From the sequence record NC_041972.1: 64,000 nt of DNA, one strand, 5' to 3'. Below the pieces are notes generated by a model. The model saw nothing but the letters and a program-made list of their open reading frames with translations, did no database searches and was not told where the DNA came from. This document shows positions 18,937-28,148 of the stretch, in pieces. Position 1 is the stretch's first letter; each line of letters opens with the position of its first letter. Position numbers and translations under genes: made by a program.

Positions 18937-19512
18937 ATGACGCAAGAACAGTTTGAAATAACCAAAGCACAGAACGTCGAAGAACCACAGTACCGTGATG
19001 TTATCGTTACTGTTGATGGCCTGAATGTGCTGAACATTAATCTGCCGGGCATCGGTTCCTGGTCGCCCCGTTTCAGCGTGCAACTATCTGGTGACCGGGC
19101 GCTGAACGATAATGGTCAACGCCATGTCTATAATGCCGCTGCTGGCATGCTACATACCTTGATTGTCGGTGACACTGAGCTAACCAACCTGGTACCGCAC
19201 GCCAATATCAGTCGTGAAGATCTCGACAACGATATCCTGCAGGCTCGTGAGCTGGTAGAGAAGGCCGTCAATCAGCTGCGGGATAACCCAGGTGATTTAT
19301 CGTTGTATTGTCACTCGCTGGCAATCACCGTTACCACGGTTGATTTCGACTTAATCGAAAAGCGCATCCTGAGTGATGAAGCAATGGACAAAGTAGAAGC
19401 ATTGATCGCACAACCTGCTGAAGCGTCAGAAGCTCTCACCAAGCTAGTGACGGGTCCACGTAAGCATCTCATCCGTGAAGACCTGGGTAATGATGACCAG
19501 TCATCAATCTAG
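18937..19512 (+). CDS. Hypothetical protein
   Basis: 191 aa, AAGGA RBS. Confidence 0.75.
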   Translation: MTQEQFEITKAQNVEEPQYRDVIVTVDGLNVLNINLPGIGSWSPRFSVQLSGDRALNDNGQRHVYNAAAGMLHTLIVGDTELTNLVPHANISREDLDNDILQARELVEKAVNQLRDNPGDLSLYCHSLAITVTTVDFDLIEKRILSDEAMDKVEALIAQPAEASEALTKLVTGPRKHLIREDLGNDDQSSI

Positions 19513-19684
19513 TAATTAAATACTAGACAGTGTAATCATATGCGATAAGGGGGTCTGGTGAAAACCATATCCCTTTACGGATTATGCTGTCTTTTTTTTT
19601 GGTTAAGAAATACTAGCCTTCTCCATTATATGCAATTTACACGATACACTTTTCTATTTATTACATCAGCAAGAGAGATAAGAC

Positions 19685-19828
19685 ATGAGCGCACCTGAAG
19701 AATTTGATATGGACGACCTGGAATCACTGGACCTGGAAGGCGCTGAGAAAGCGGCAGAAGAGAAAGCAGCCGGCGGTGGTGAAGCCCTGTCTGATGGCGA
19801 AGCGGATTGCGAAGGTTGCAAGATCTAA
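19685..19828 (+). CDS. 47-aa acidic peptide ending in CxxC-K-I, resembling the NrdA C-terminal redox tail
   Basis: MSAPEEFDMDDLESLDLEGAEKAAEEKAAGGGEALSDGEADCEGCKI*; purine-rich AAGAGAG upstream; in-frame TAA at 19679-19681; codons like other phage genes (GAA, CTG, GGT); missed by ORF track (<60 aa). Confidence 0.75.
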   Translation: MSAPEEFDMDDLESLDLEGAEKAAEEKAAGGGEALSDGEADCEGCKI

Positions 19829-19881
19829 ATGCTGTGATGTGAATCGGGTCTGATATGGGATCAGTTAACCGAGGAAACATC

Positions 19882-20181
19882 ATGAACATCTATCTTGTCC
19901 AACGCAAATCAGAGCCCCGTTACACACCGGATTCATTTATCGCTGTTGCAACATCGACCGAAGAGGTGCTGATGATTCACCCTAGCTACTTTCAGGGAAA
20001 GAACACACCTGTGAAGTTTGACGAGGCAATGGCCGCCCTCTGGGCGAATGAGTTATCCGATCAGCCAATGGATCATCAATGGGTTACCGATAAGAACGAG
20101 CTCGAGGTCACCTATCTGGGTCAGGCTGCGATGGAGTTGACCGGCCCCACGATCATTGAGATGTGGTACGGGTACGCCTGA
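19882..20181 (+). CDS. Hypothetical protein
   Basis: 99 aa, GAGGA RBS. Confidence 0.7.
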   Translation: MNIYLVQRKSEPRYTPDSFIAVATSTEEVLMIHPSYFQGKNTPVKFDEAMAALWANELSDQPMDHQWVTDKNELEVTYLGQAAMELTGPTIIEMWYGYA

Positions 20182-20187
20182 TCATAC

Positions 20188-20214
20188 GGGGAGGCTTCGG
20201 CCTCCCTTTATGCC
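20188..20214 (+). terminator. Hairpin terminator with TTTATGCC tail
   Basis: GGGAGGC-TTCG-GCCTCCC TTTATGCC. Confidence 0.75.
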
Positions 20215-20258
20215 GGTCGTTATCCTATGACTTGTATTTGGCAGGTCTGAGGTGACGT

Positions 20259-20870
20259 ATGTTTAAACGTTTCATGTTCTATCTGTTCAGTAAGTTATTT
20301 GACCATAAAGGGGAGTACACCATGTCCGAAGCAGTGAAAGATCAGCAAAGCAATGATGTTAATGCAACCAACGATGTTGAGGTGCAGCCAACACCTGCTG
20401 AGACCTCTGCACCGGAACTGGCATCTAACGATGTGGTTGCCGCACCGGAAGCCGCAGGCGATGCCCGTCCTGAAGTCCAGGATACGGTAGAGTCGACGCC
20501 AGTGGTGATTGAGCCGGTTGCAGTTGCTGAACCATCCGCACCTGTCGTGGCACCTGCTCCTGTTGTTGTACCTGCGGCTGAGCCAGCTCCCGCACCTGTA
20601 GCACCGACCACCCCGACCGACAGCGATAAGACTGAAGGCGAACCCGATACCAATCGCTTCGACCATCTGGCCAGTACTCTGAAGAGTTTACTTCAGGTAG
20701 CCGGTCATGAGCTCGACGAAGCATTTGACGATGCAGTACCTTTGGCAAAACAGATCGCTTCCAGTGACGAAGAGTTCGGTGACAAGCTGAAAGACATCCT
20801 TGTGGTTGTTGGTCGTGAATACGGCGAAGCTTTCCATCATTTCTTCAGCTATGCGAAGAAGCACATCTAA
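20259..20870 (+). CDS. Pro/Ala/Glu-rich linker protein with duplicated helical C-terminal module
   Basis: 203 aa; alternative start at 20322 (GGGAG RBS). Confidence 0.7.
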   Translation: MFKRFMFYLFSKLFDHKGEYTMSEAVKDQQSNDVNATNDVEVQPTPAETSAPELASNDVVAAPEAAGDARPEVQDTVESTPVVIEPVAVAEPSAPVVAPAPVVVPAAEPAPAPVAPTTPTDSDKTEGEPDTNRFDHLASTLKSLLQVAGHELDEAFDDAVPLAKQIASSDEEFGDKLKDILVVVGREYGEAFHHFFSYAKKHI

Positions 20871-20948
20871 GAAAACAGGGGGCGGGATTTCCTGCCCCTT
20901 TTATGCCGATTATCTTATAACTGACTTACATCATTAAAGGGTTTTACC

Positions 20949-21914
20949 ATGACAGTTATTCAGCACGAGGCTATTGGTTATTGCGGGCATGCCATGATGG
21001 TGCACCAAATGGAAAAAGATCAAGTAACCATTAAGCAATACGCAAAGCAGTTGGAAGGTGCCGGGTTGGAGGCGTTTGATACTCCTTCGCACAAACTGGT
21101 ACTGCAGGGTATGTCAGCTCGCTACGGCGACTACATGAAACTTGGTTCTGGCCAGGAAGGCTTGGGAACAATGGTTCTGTTGGGGGTGGCTATCGGTGGT
21201 GGAGTAGCGGCATACAAGAAATTGATGCTGGCGAAAAACTCCCCGATTACAAAAGATATCAGTGATGTATTGAGTAAGGTCACTGAAACCTATACCCCGA
21301 AATGGCTCGAAGGTAAAGCCTCGGTTAATAAAGATGTAACTTGCGGAAAACTGAATAAGTTATTCGGTGGGTCGGAGTTGTCAGTACTTGATACTGCAGC
21401 CATCAAATACGCCACACAAGCTGAACGTGAAACAAAAGCAGCCGGCGTATATTTGACAGGTGCGTGGGATAAAATAAAACCTCTGTTAGAGCGGTGGAAG
21501 AAAGCTGGTGAAGGGGAGGAGGATGAAGTCATCGAGCTAATGACTGATCTATACCCAGAGCCACCTTACTCCACCATGCCTGTTATTCACGCCAATACCC
21601 CTGGCGGTAAAGGTGAAAAAGTTAAAGCTCTCTCAGAGGCTGAATACCCTAAAGCAGTTGCGTTATTGAAAGCACTCCTGAAAGCCGCCGAAGAAGTCGA
21701 CGGGATGTCTTATGATATTGCCAATAGCGTTGGATTTAAAGATCACTGGTACGAGGGTATCCCGACCGATAAACGTGGCGAGGAGCACGCATTCCAATAC
21801 GGACACTACCGCTACTACCTTGACCATTATGGTGTAAAGACATGGAGTCAACACGAAGCATTGATCAATGCTGCCCGCGGTGTCGAGGAATGGATCACCA
21901 AGTCATTTAAGTAA
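20949..21914 (+). CDS. Putative internal head (ejection) protein with propeptide
   Basis: 321 aa; AGLEA and GQEG G-x-E motifs in the first 70 aa, then a short hydrophobic G-rich segment, as in phiKZ-like head protein families. Confidence 0.6.
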   Translation: MTVIQHEAIGYCGHAMMVHQMEKDQVTIKQYAKQLEGAGLEAFDTPSHKLVLQGMSARYGDYMKLGSGQEGLGTMVLLGVAIGGGVAAYKKLMLAKNSPITKDISDVLSKVTETYTPKWLEGKASVNKDVTCGKLNKLFGGSELSVLDTAAIKYATQAERETKAAGVYLTGAWDKIKPLLERWKKAGEGEEDEVIELMTDLYPEPPYSTMPVIHANTPGGKGEKVKALSEAEYPKAVALLKALLKAAEEVDGMSYDIANSVGFKDHWYEGIPTDKRGEEHAFQYGHYRYYLDHYGVKTWSQHEALINAARGVEEWITKSFK

Positions 21915-21998
21915 TCGCTACGAGGGGAGGTGTGATCACTCCCCTTTTATGCCGGGCGAGGAATCGTATAGGTGCTTTTGCCAACGAGGAATCTTATC

Positions 21999-22781
21999 GT
22001 GTTTGAAATGCTTTTAGGCGGTAGTCCGAACGGGAACTTGCCATTTGGGCAGTTGTTAGCCAAAACAACAACAGACTTTACAGTCCCTGCCGGAGTGACC
22101 GATATTTCCGGTGTTGCTATCGGTGGCGGCGGCGGGAACTCACGCGGCAATACCATTGGTGGGTCAGGGGGTGATTTGCGCTGGCGGAATCACATTGCCG
22201 TTATTCCAGGTGAAGTGCTGTCACTTATTACCGGTGTGGTAACAGCGGCTGGTAAACCGGGCACCTCCAGTAAGATCATCCGTAAGTCAACCGGCGAAGT
22301 ATTACTGATCGCTAAAGGCGGTGACTCCACCGATGTATCAACGCCGATCAATGGAGCTGATATAGGTGGAGGGAACGGCGGTGTTGGCACCAATCCATCA
22401 GGTGGTGGAGCTGGCGGGTATACCGGCAATGGCGGTAAAGGTGGTTCAGCTGCCGATGTTGACTCTGGCGGTGGTGGCGGTGGTAGCTCTTATACCTTCA
22501 GCGGAAACAGTTTTGGTTGTGGCGGTGGGGGCATCTACCCTAACGGCAAAGGCGCTGATGGTGGTGCGCCGCCTGTCAATACCGGCAGTCAGGCATTTGG
22601 TGGCAGAGGGGGTTCTGGTGGTAATCCTGGTCAAAACACGAATGGGGGCTTATACGGCGGTGGTGCTGGCGCACCCATTAGGATAACCTATGCAACAACA
22701 GGGACTGCTGGCTGCATCCGACTCATTTGGGGTTCAGGTCGCGCCTTCCCAGCTACGAAGACTGCAGATATTACAGCTTAA
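21999..22781 (+). CDS. Glycine-rich-domain virion/tail accessory protein (paralog 1)
   Basis: GTG start gives MFEMLL; F.VPAGV, PGE.L, GGGAGGY.G.GG, RLIWG.GR.FP shared with 22791 and 34856. Confidence 0.7.
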   Translation: MFEMLLGGSPNGNLPFGQLLAKTTTDFTVPAGVTDISGVAIGGGGGNSRGNTIGGSGGDLRWRNHIAVIPGEVLSLITGVVTAAGKPGTSSKIIRKSTGEVLLIAKGGDSTDVSTPINGADIGGGNGGVGTNPSGGGAGGYTGNGGKGGSAADVDSGGGGGGSSYTFSGNSFGCGGGGIYPNGKGADGGAPPVNTGSQAFGGRGGSGGNPGQNTNGGLYGGGAGAPIRITYATTGTAGCIRLIWGSGRAFPATKTADITA

Positions 22782-22790
22782 GGACTGATC

Positions 22791-23396
22791 ATGTTTGAAA
22801 TGTTATTTTGCGGCAAGCCAGCATCAGTTGGCGGCCAACAACTCTTCACTACTGCCGGTACCTTTAGCTTTGTAGTCCCGGCGGGGATTACTGAGCTCGA
22901 CGCCTATACTCAAGGTGGTGGCGGTGGTGGCGGTAATGGTAACCCAGGTGTATACAAAGGAGCGTCAGGCGGCTCTGGCAAAGTAGGTGCTAACGGTTAT
23001 CTGAACAATATTTCAGTTACACCCGGTGAAACACTGACCGTTATTGTTGGTGCTGCAGGTGCGGCATTAAAAGCTGGGGAGGCGACCCAATTACTTCGTG
23101 GCAGTAACGTGTTACTTGCTGTAGCGGGTGGGGCCGCAGGTGTTACAGCAACTGGCACAAGCAGTTCTGAGAACAACCTAGGCACTAGCGGTACCGCGGC
23201 ACCAACGATTCCAGGTAATACCACAACCTACCCTGCTGCAAACAAACGCCCTGGAAGTGGTGGTAACGGTGGTGCGGGGCGTTACAACGGCGGGGGTGGC
23301 ATAGTGACCGGACCAGGTATCGCAGGTGGCTGCCGCCTGATGTGGGGTAAAGATCGCGATTACCCATCAACAGGCGTAGCTGACGTCAAGATGTAA
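22791..23396 (+). CDS. Glycine-rich-domain virion/tail accessory protein (paralog 2)
   Basis: MFEMLF start; FVVPAGI, VTPGETL, RLMWGKDRDYPS. Confidence 0.7.
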   Translation: MFEMLFCGKPASVGGQQLFTTAGTFSFVVPAGITELDAYTQGGGGGGGNGNPGVYKGASGGSGKVGANGYLNNISVTPGETLTVIVGAAGAALKAGEATQLLRGSNVLLAVAGGAAGVTATGTSSSENNLGTSGTAAPTIPGNTTTYPAANKRPGSGGNGGAGRYNGGGGIVTGPGIAGGCRLMWGKDRDYPSTGVADVKM

Positions 23397-23448
23397 ATAT
23401 GTAAATACTCGCTTTCTTATATAACCCTTCCCTCATTGAGATTGAATT

Positions 23449-24027
23449 ATGGCCAAGATGACTTTCTATTACGCTTCGATGAACGCCGGAAAATCCACCG
23501 CATGCATCCAAGCAGGTTACAACTATTTAGAACGCGGACTGCGGGCCTTGATGATCAAGCCTGAAGTTGATAACCGCGATGACACAGATAAAGTCAGCTC
23601 GCGTGTCGGTCTCAGTGCGAAGGCGGTTGTTTTTGACAGTGAGGTTAATCTAACCGAACTGGTATTACACCAGATGAAGACTTCCAAGGTCTCGGTGGTA
23701 TTGGTTGATGAAGCGCAGTTCCTGACACCGGATCAAGTCAAAGAGCTCAGTGACATCGCCGACTTCGAAGACATCCCCGTGGTCTGCTATGGTTTGCGTA
23801 CCGATTTCCAAGGTGAACTCTTTCCTGGGTCTGCAGCCTTAATGGCTCGCTCAGATCGCCTTAAAGAACTGATCGGTGTTTGCCATTGTGGCAAGACAGC
23901 TCACTTCGTACTGCGTCGTGATGACAAAGGTCAGGTGGTGAAAGAAGGCGAGCAAATCCTGATTGGCGGGAATGACCGCTATGAAGCAGTGTGTCGCAAG
24001 CACCATCGCGTGGCCATGCTGAGTTAA
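23449..24027 (+). CDS. tdk: Thymidine kinase
   Basis: MNAGKS Walker A, VDEAQFL, YGLRTDF, CHCG, GG...Y...CR.H. Confidence 0.96.
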   Translation: MAKMTFYYASMNAGKSTACIQAGYNYLERGLRALMIKPEVDNRDDTDKVSSRVGLSAKAVVFDSEVNLTELVLHQMKTSKVSVVLVDEAQFLTPDQVKELSDIADFEDIPVVCYGLRTDFQGELFPGSAALMARSDRLKELIGVCHCGKTAHFVLRRDDKGQVVKEGEQILIGGNDRYEAVCRKHHRVAMLS

Positions 24028-24042
24028 GCCTAAGAGGTAGGT

Positions 24043-24759
24043 ATGTTAGAAATGATAATGGCGATGCCAAAGGCGTTGATACCTAAAGCCGGTCAGCCGC
24101 TGATGGGATTTAACTTTGACCAGGCTAAAAGTATTAGCGCACCGAGTGCAACAGCATACTCCGGCGGGACGATTGAAACACTTAGCGCCAGTAACGCCCT
24201 TGCGGGATATAACCGTAGCTTGCGTTGTAATGGTACGGTGACCAACGTTACCCCGCTGAGCGCATTATCAACCCTCGGGCTGGGTGATTTCGCCTTAGAG
24301 TGTTACGCCTGGATGACCACAATTCCCAGTACCTATTTCCAACTCTTCCTGCTTCAGTTCGCTAACGGCAAATATCTCACCATCCGTGTGGGTGATGGCG
24401 GGTACGGTCAGCGCATGCAGGTGGGGATCGATTTAGGCAATGGCGGTAACTACTGCAGTAGCAAGACTGGCCCTTCATTGCGTAACGGCTGGCATCATTA
24501 TGCTTTTGTGCGTAAAGCCGGGAAGTGTCGCTTCTTCATTGATGGCCAGCTTCAGTTACTGGCGCTGGGTACTAGCACCACCTTTAACCTCACTGAGTTT
24601 AACGGGAACTTTGATCTGTCGGGTAATTTGAGTTCGTTCGCTATTGGTAAAGCCAACTCCGGCGCGGGTGATATGTATATGCCGGAATTCCTCTTGTCCA
24701 ATACCGCACGCTATCAAGAAACCTTTACACCACCTCCCGGCCCTATCTACCGCCCGTGA
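24043..24759 (+). CDS. LamG/concanavalin-A-like lectin domain virion protein
   Basis: MLEMIM start; GDF.LEC, GWHHYAFVRK....FFIDG, IG, RY..TFTPP. Confidence 0.75.
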   Translation: MLEMIMAMPKALIPKAGQPLMGFNFDQAKSISAPSATAYSGGTIETLSASNALAGYNRSLRCNGTVTNVTPLSALSTLGLGDFALECYAWMTTIPSTYFQLFLLQFANGKYLTIRVGDGGYGQRMQVGIDLGNGGNYCSSKTGPSLRNGWHHYAFVRKAGKCRFFIDGQLQLLALGTSTTFNLTEFNGNFDLSGNLSSFAIGKANSGAGDMYMPEFLLSNTARYQETFTPPPGPIYRP

Positions 24760-24765
24760 CATTCT

Positions 24766-24792
24766 GCCAGGGTTTGTCCCTGGCTTTATGCC
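24766..24792 (+). terminator. Hairpin terminator with TTTATGCC tail
   Basis: GCCAGGG-TTTGT-CCCTGGC TTTATGCC. Confidence 0.75.
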
Positions 24793-24809
24793 GTCCAAAG
24801 TATCTCAGT

Positions 24810-24827
24810 CCTACATTACCCTTGTGT
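24810..24827 (+). promoter_or_regulatory. Putative early promoter
   Basis: CCTACATTAC-cctt-GTGT. Confidence 0.65.
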
Positions 24828-24881
24828 AGAAAACAACATTGTTAACTTAACCTATAGTGTTTTAGCTGGGAGGTTTTTAAG

Positions 24882-25244
24882 ATGAATCACTTATTATTGG
24901 ATGTGACAGAGAACGTCGCACCGATCACTCGCCAGTTTACCAACACTGATTGGGATGGCATCTTGCGTGATGTTAGCTTGTACATCATGCGCCTTTACTG
25001 TGCCTCCCAAGTACTTGGCGAACATATTCCTCATAACCCTGCGGCGCACTTAAAGGACATTCAGTGGCGCTATGGCTTTGACCCGAATGACGGGTCGGTC
25101 TCGGTAGAGTTTGTGAAACTGTATAAATGCCTGAGTGATACCATCGGGCTTTATGTGACACAGACCAACCCCACTAAACTGTTAACCGTAGTACGTGTTT
25201 CAACGGCTAACAATATTTTTCAACTGCACTTAGGATATGCCTGA
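24882..25244 (+). CDS. Hypothetical protein
   Basis: 120 aa, GGAGG RBS; TGATG coupled to hslU. Confidence 0.7.
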   Translation: MNHLLLDVTENVAPITRQFTNTDWDGILRDVSLYIMRLYCASQVLGEHIPHNPAAHLKDIQWRYGFDPNDGSVSVEFVKLYKCLSDTIGLYVTQTNPTKLLTVVRVSTANNIFQLHLGYA

Positions 25245-26953
25245 TGTCATCATTAACCACCAATGAAGTTGTTGAGCATTTAGACCAGTATGTTATTGGT
25301 CAGCTGGATGCCAAACGGGCGATCGCACTGGCGTATCGTGAACGAAGCTTGAAAGCGGAAAACAGCGGAGAAGGCTGGCGTTACATTACCCCCTCTAACA
25401 TCATGATGGTCGGGCCGTCAGGCAGCGGTAAGACGGAACTGGCTAAGCAGTTAGCGGACATGACCAACTCACCTTTTGTGAAGTGCGAAATCACCGAGTT
25501 CACACAAGTCGGTTACTACGGGCGTGACGTTAAAACCATTCTGACTGATCTGTTGAAAGAGGCCATTCGGATTGCCCCGGAGATCTGGCGGAAAGAAAAC
25601 AAACCAAAACTCAGTAAAGCGAACCGCGACCTGTTGGCACTGATGCTCAAAGACCCGGAAACGTTGGATGCCTTTGCTAAAGCGTTGAACATCACTGCTG
25701 ATAAATGCACCGTGCCGTTTGTGGAAGAGAAACTCCTCAACGGCACCACCCTGCGTAAGCTCAATGTGCGTTATGGTTGGCGGGCAAATCCTTTATTGGC
25801 AGCCATCGATAAACGGGCGGATAAACCGGAGAAGGGAGAAGAAGAGCCACCAATGGAAGATGCGGCGGCGTGGACACAGTGGTATGTCCGCACCAAGATG
25901 AACTTTAGCAAGCTCGGGTATTCAGGCACTGAAGACAGTCTGGTGAAAGAAGCTGCCCGCGTGTTAGAAGCGATTCCTATTAAGGATAAGATGGAGCCCG
26001 TGCTGATTGAGGTGATTGGCGAAACCCTTAATGAGAAACGCAAAAAGATCATCGCTGCCCGCGGCGCCAGTCAGCCGAAACTGATTCGTCTGCTGCTGGA
26101 TGAGAAAGACTACAAAGTCCTGTGCCGTAAGCTACTGGAAACAATGGGTTCCCGACTGTGGATGAAGCTTGACACTATCATCGATATCGGTGATGCGCTG
26201 AATCAAAGCAAGAACCCACCGCCGGACTTCATTGTTAAACTGGTTGAAGAACGTGGCATTGTCTTCATTGATGAGTTCGACAAGATCTTCCTCGACAGCC
26301 GGGGCGAGAACGTCGGTAACATGGGTGTAGTGCGTGACCTGATGCCTTACCTTGATGGGGTCGTGACTGAAGTCTCTACGGTCAATGAACGTGAACGGGG
26401 TGGTGGGTTATTTGGTGAACGGAACGAGAAGTACATCATCAATACCGCTAATATCCTCTGGATCGCATCAGGTGCGTTTCATCTCGCTAAGGTGAGTGAT
26501 GTGCCCGCTGAGATCTTAGGACGTCTCCCTGTGCATGTGAAGCTCAATCGCTTGACTGCAGACGATCTGGAAAAGGTACTCATCAAACCCCACGGGTCGA
26601 TCATTGCGGGCGTCACGCTACTGATGTCAGCGGAAGGAGCTGAGTTCGTTATTGATGCTGCTGCGATTCGTGCCATTGCTGATCTGGCCTATGAGTGCAA
26701 TACCGTCGGTGAGGATACCGGGGCACGTCGTCTGAAAGGCGTCTGCTTTGAGTTGTTCCGCGACATGCTCTATGGCGCATCCAACCTATTACCTGACCAA
26801 AAGAAAGTGCACTTCACCGCAGAGCAAGTAATGGCTGAGCGTGAACGCATTCTGGCGACTGTTGAACGCCGTAAAGAAAAACCCAAAGAAACCGACCCTG
26901 CTCAGCGCTTTGCAAAAGCCATGAAAGAGCTTGGGGCTTTGGTTAACAATTAA
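25244..26953 (+). CDS. hslU: HslU/ClpY-like AAA+ unfoldase with divergent I-domain and C-terminus
   Basis: LD.YVIGQ.DAK.A.A.A, P.NI.M.GP.G.GKTE, K.E.T.FT.VGY.GRDV, GIVFIDE.DKI, RDL.P..DG, I.SGAFH, GRLP.V.L, GARRL. Confidence 0.88.
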   Translation: MSSLTTNEVVEHLDQYVIGQLDAKRAIALAYRERSLKAENSGEGWRYITPSNIMMVGPSGSGKTELAKQLADMTNSPFVKCEITEFTQVGYYGRDVKTILTDLLKEAIRIAPEIWRKENKPKLSKANRDLLALMLKDPETLDAFAKALNITADKCTVPFVEEKLLNGTTLRKLNVRYGWRANPLLAAIDKRADKPEKGEEEPPMEDAAAWTQWYVRTKMNFSKLGYSGTEDSLVKEAARVLEAIPIKDKMEPVLIEVIGETLNEKRKKIIAARGASQPKLIRLLLDEKDYKVLCRKLLETMGSRLWMKLDTIIDIGDALNQSKNPPPDFIVKLVEERGIVFIDEFDKIFLDSRGENVGNMGVVRDLMPYLDGVVTEVSTVNERERGGGLFGERNEKYIINTANILWIASGAFHLAKVSDVPAEILGRLPVHVKLNRLTADDLEKVLIKPHGSIIAGVTLLMSAEGAEFVIDAAAIRAIADLAYECNTVGEDTGARRLKGVCFELFRDMLYGASNLLPDQKKVHFTAEQVMAERERILATVERRKEKPKETDPAQRFAKAMKELGALVNN

Positions 26954-26968
26954 CCCTCTGGAGTTGTC

Positions 26969-27508
26969 ATGGACCACAATACCGCTCTTTGTACGTTAAA
27001 CCCGAAAGTCTTGATTCAGAATGAGTTGTATCGCTTCATTCGTCTGTACGCTTTGTTTAATGGCTTGGATGTCCACGATGTGAAAGCAATAACCAAGAAG
27101 ATCAATTCTGGCGATTGTGGTCTGGCGGCAATTACCGTGCACCACCTGCTAAAAGAAAAGTACAAACTGGATACGGATATCCTGATGTGTCGTAATCACT
27201 GCTGGCTGGCTTATCACGAAGGTGAATACGACACGGCCTTTCCCAGCGGCTACACGAAACGGGTGGTGGAGGTCTGGGATGGAAGCCCGGATGAGCCTGT
27301 CCACTATTTAACCTTTCAGGAAGCGTGTGATGAATGGATGCCGATGGATGTCAAAGGGGCTTACATTGTGAAAGCCTTCTGTGCCATCACGTGGACACAG
27401 TTTCCCAAAGAGCTTCAGCATTGCTTAGACAATGCGGACGAATATGAGATGCCGGGTATTGCAGCGCAGTACGAGGCGAAATGTAAATTTGTCACTGACA
27501 ACATGTAG
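26969..27508 (+). CDS. Hypothetical protein with putative Cys-His-Asp (transglutaminase/papain-like) triad
   Basis: GDCGLAA...RNHCWL...EYDT; GGAG RBS. Confidence 0.6.
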   Translation: MDHNTALCTLNPKVLIQNELYRFIRLYALFNGLDVHDVKAITKKINSGDCGLAAITVHHLLKEKYKLDTDILMCRNHCWLAYHEGEYDTAFPSGYTKRVVEVWDGSPDEPVHYLTFQEACDEWMPMDVKGAYIVKAFCAITWTQFPKELQHCLDNADEYEMPGIAAQYEAKCKFVTDNM

Positions 27509-27515
27509 GTGGATT

Positions 27516-28055
27516 ATGTCTGACGTTATCGTTATTCCTCGTTTAAGTGTAGTAAAAGGCGGATCGTATCAGCAGGTCAGTGGCGGTGTGTTGGCGCAGC
27601 TGCGACTTATCCTTGGGCCGGATATCCGCAACGTTATACTGCATGGCGCCCAGCGCAGTCATGCTAAGTTGTTAGTGGATGCACTGCGGGCAGAGTACGA
27701 GCCCTTTGGTGTGACGCTGCAGTTCAATGCCAAGCCGTTGTATGACACGCTGGACATCAGCTGGCCAGACAGTGATGCGGTGACAATCCTAACCCTTCGC
27801 CCTGAAGAGTTTGATGTCGAAGCGCCGTTACGTCTGAGTCACGATACCCACATCGTGGTTATCAGCACCAAACCGATACTGACCACCCAACTGCTCAATC
27901 TCTACGACCATGCTGTCATGAGCGGTGTGCACGTTACATTGTTCACCACCGGGTATGTTCCAGCTGGGATCGTGTTGCTTGAGCCGTTGGAAGGGTTTGT
28001 TTATCAACCGATGATTGACAACGTCATCAAGACGCGAGCGATGGCGCACGTGTAA
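27516..28055 (+). CDS. Hypothetical protein
   Basis: 179 aa from ATG after AGGTGG. Confidence 0.65.
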   Translation: MSDVIVIPRLSVVKGGSYQQVSGGVLAQLRLILGPDIRNVILHGAQRSHAKLLVDALRAEYEPFGVTLQFNAKPLYDTLDISWPDSDAVTILTLRPEEFDVEAPLRLSHDTHIVVISTKPILTTQLLNLYDHAVMSGVHVTLFTTGYVPAGIVLLEPLEGFVYQPMIDNVIKTRAMAHV

Positions 28056-28148
28056 TTGGCGACATAATCTGCTGTTTATATGTTAACCGGCCTCCTGGTT
28101 ATTCCGGGAGGCTTTTATAGCAGCATTCATTTTTTATCGAGGTTGGGT

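Noticed and set aside
19513-19828. 47-aa CxxC ORF as the broken end of an nrdA pseudogene
   Set aside because: There is an in-frame TAA at 19679-19681, and the upstream 170 nt is AT-rich intergenic sequence with a hairpin and a poly-T run and no NrdA-like residues; the ORF has its own start.
21999-23396. GGT/GGC-rich stretches as DNA repeats or DGR-like variable regions
   Set aside because: They are poly-Gly codons in protein; no template/variable repeat pair or reverse transcriptase was seen.
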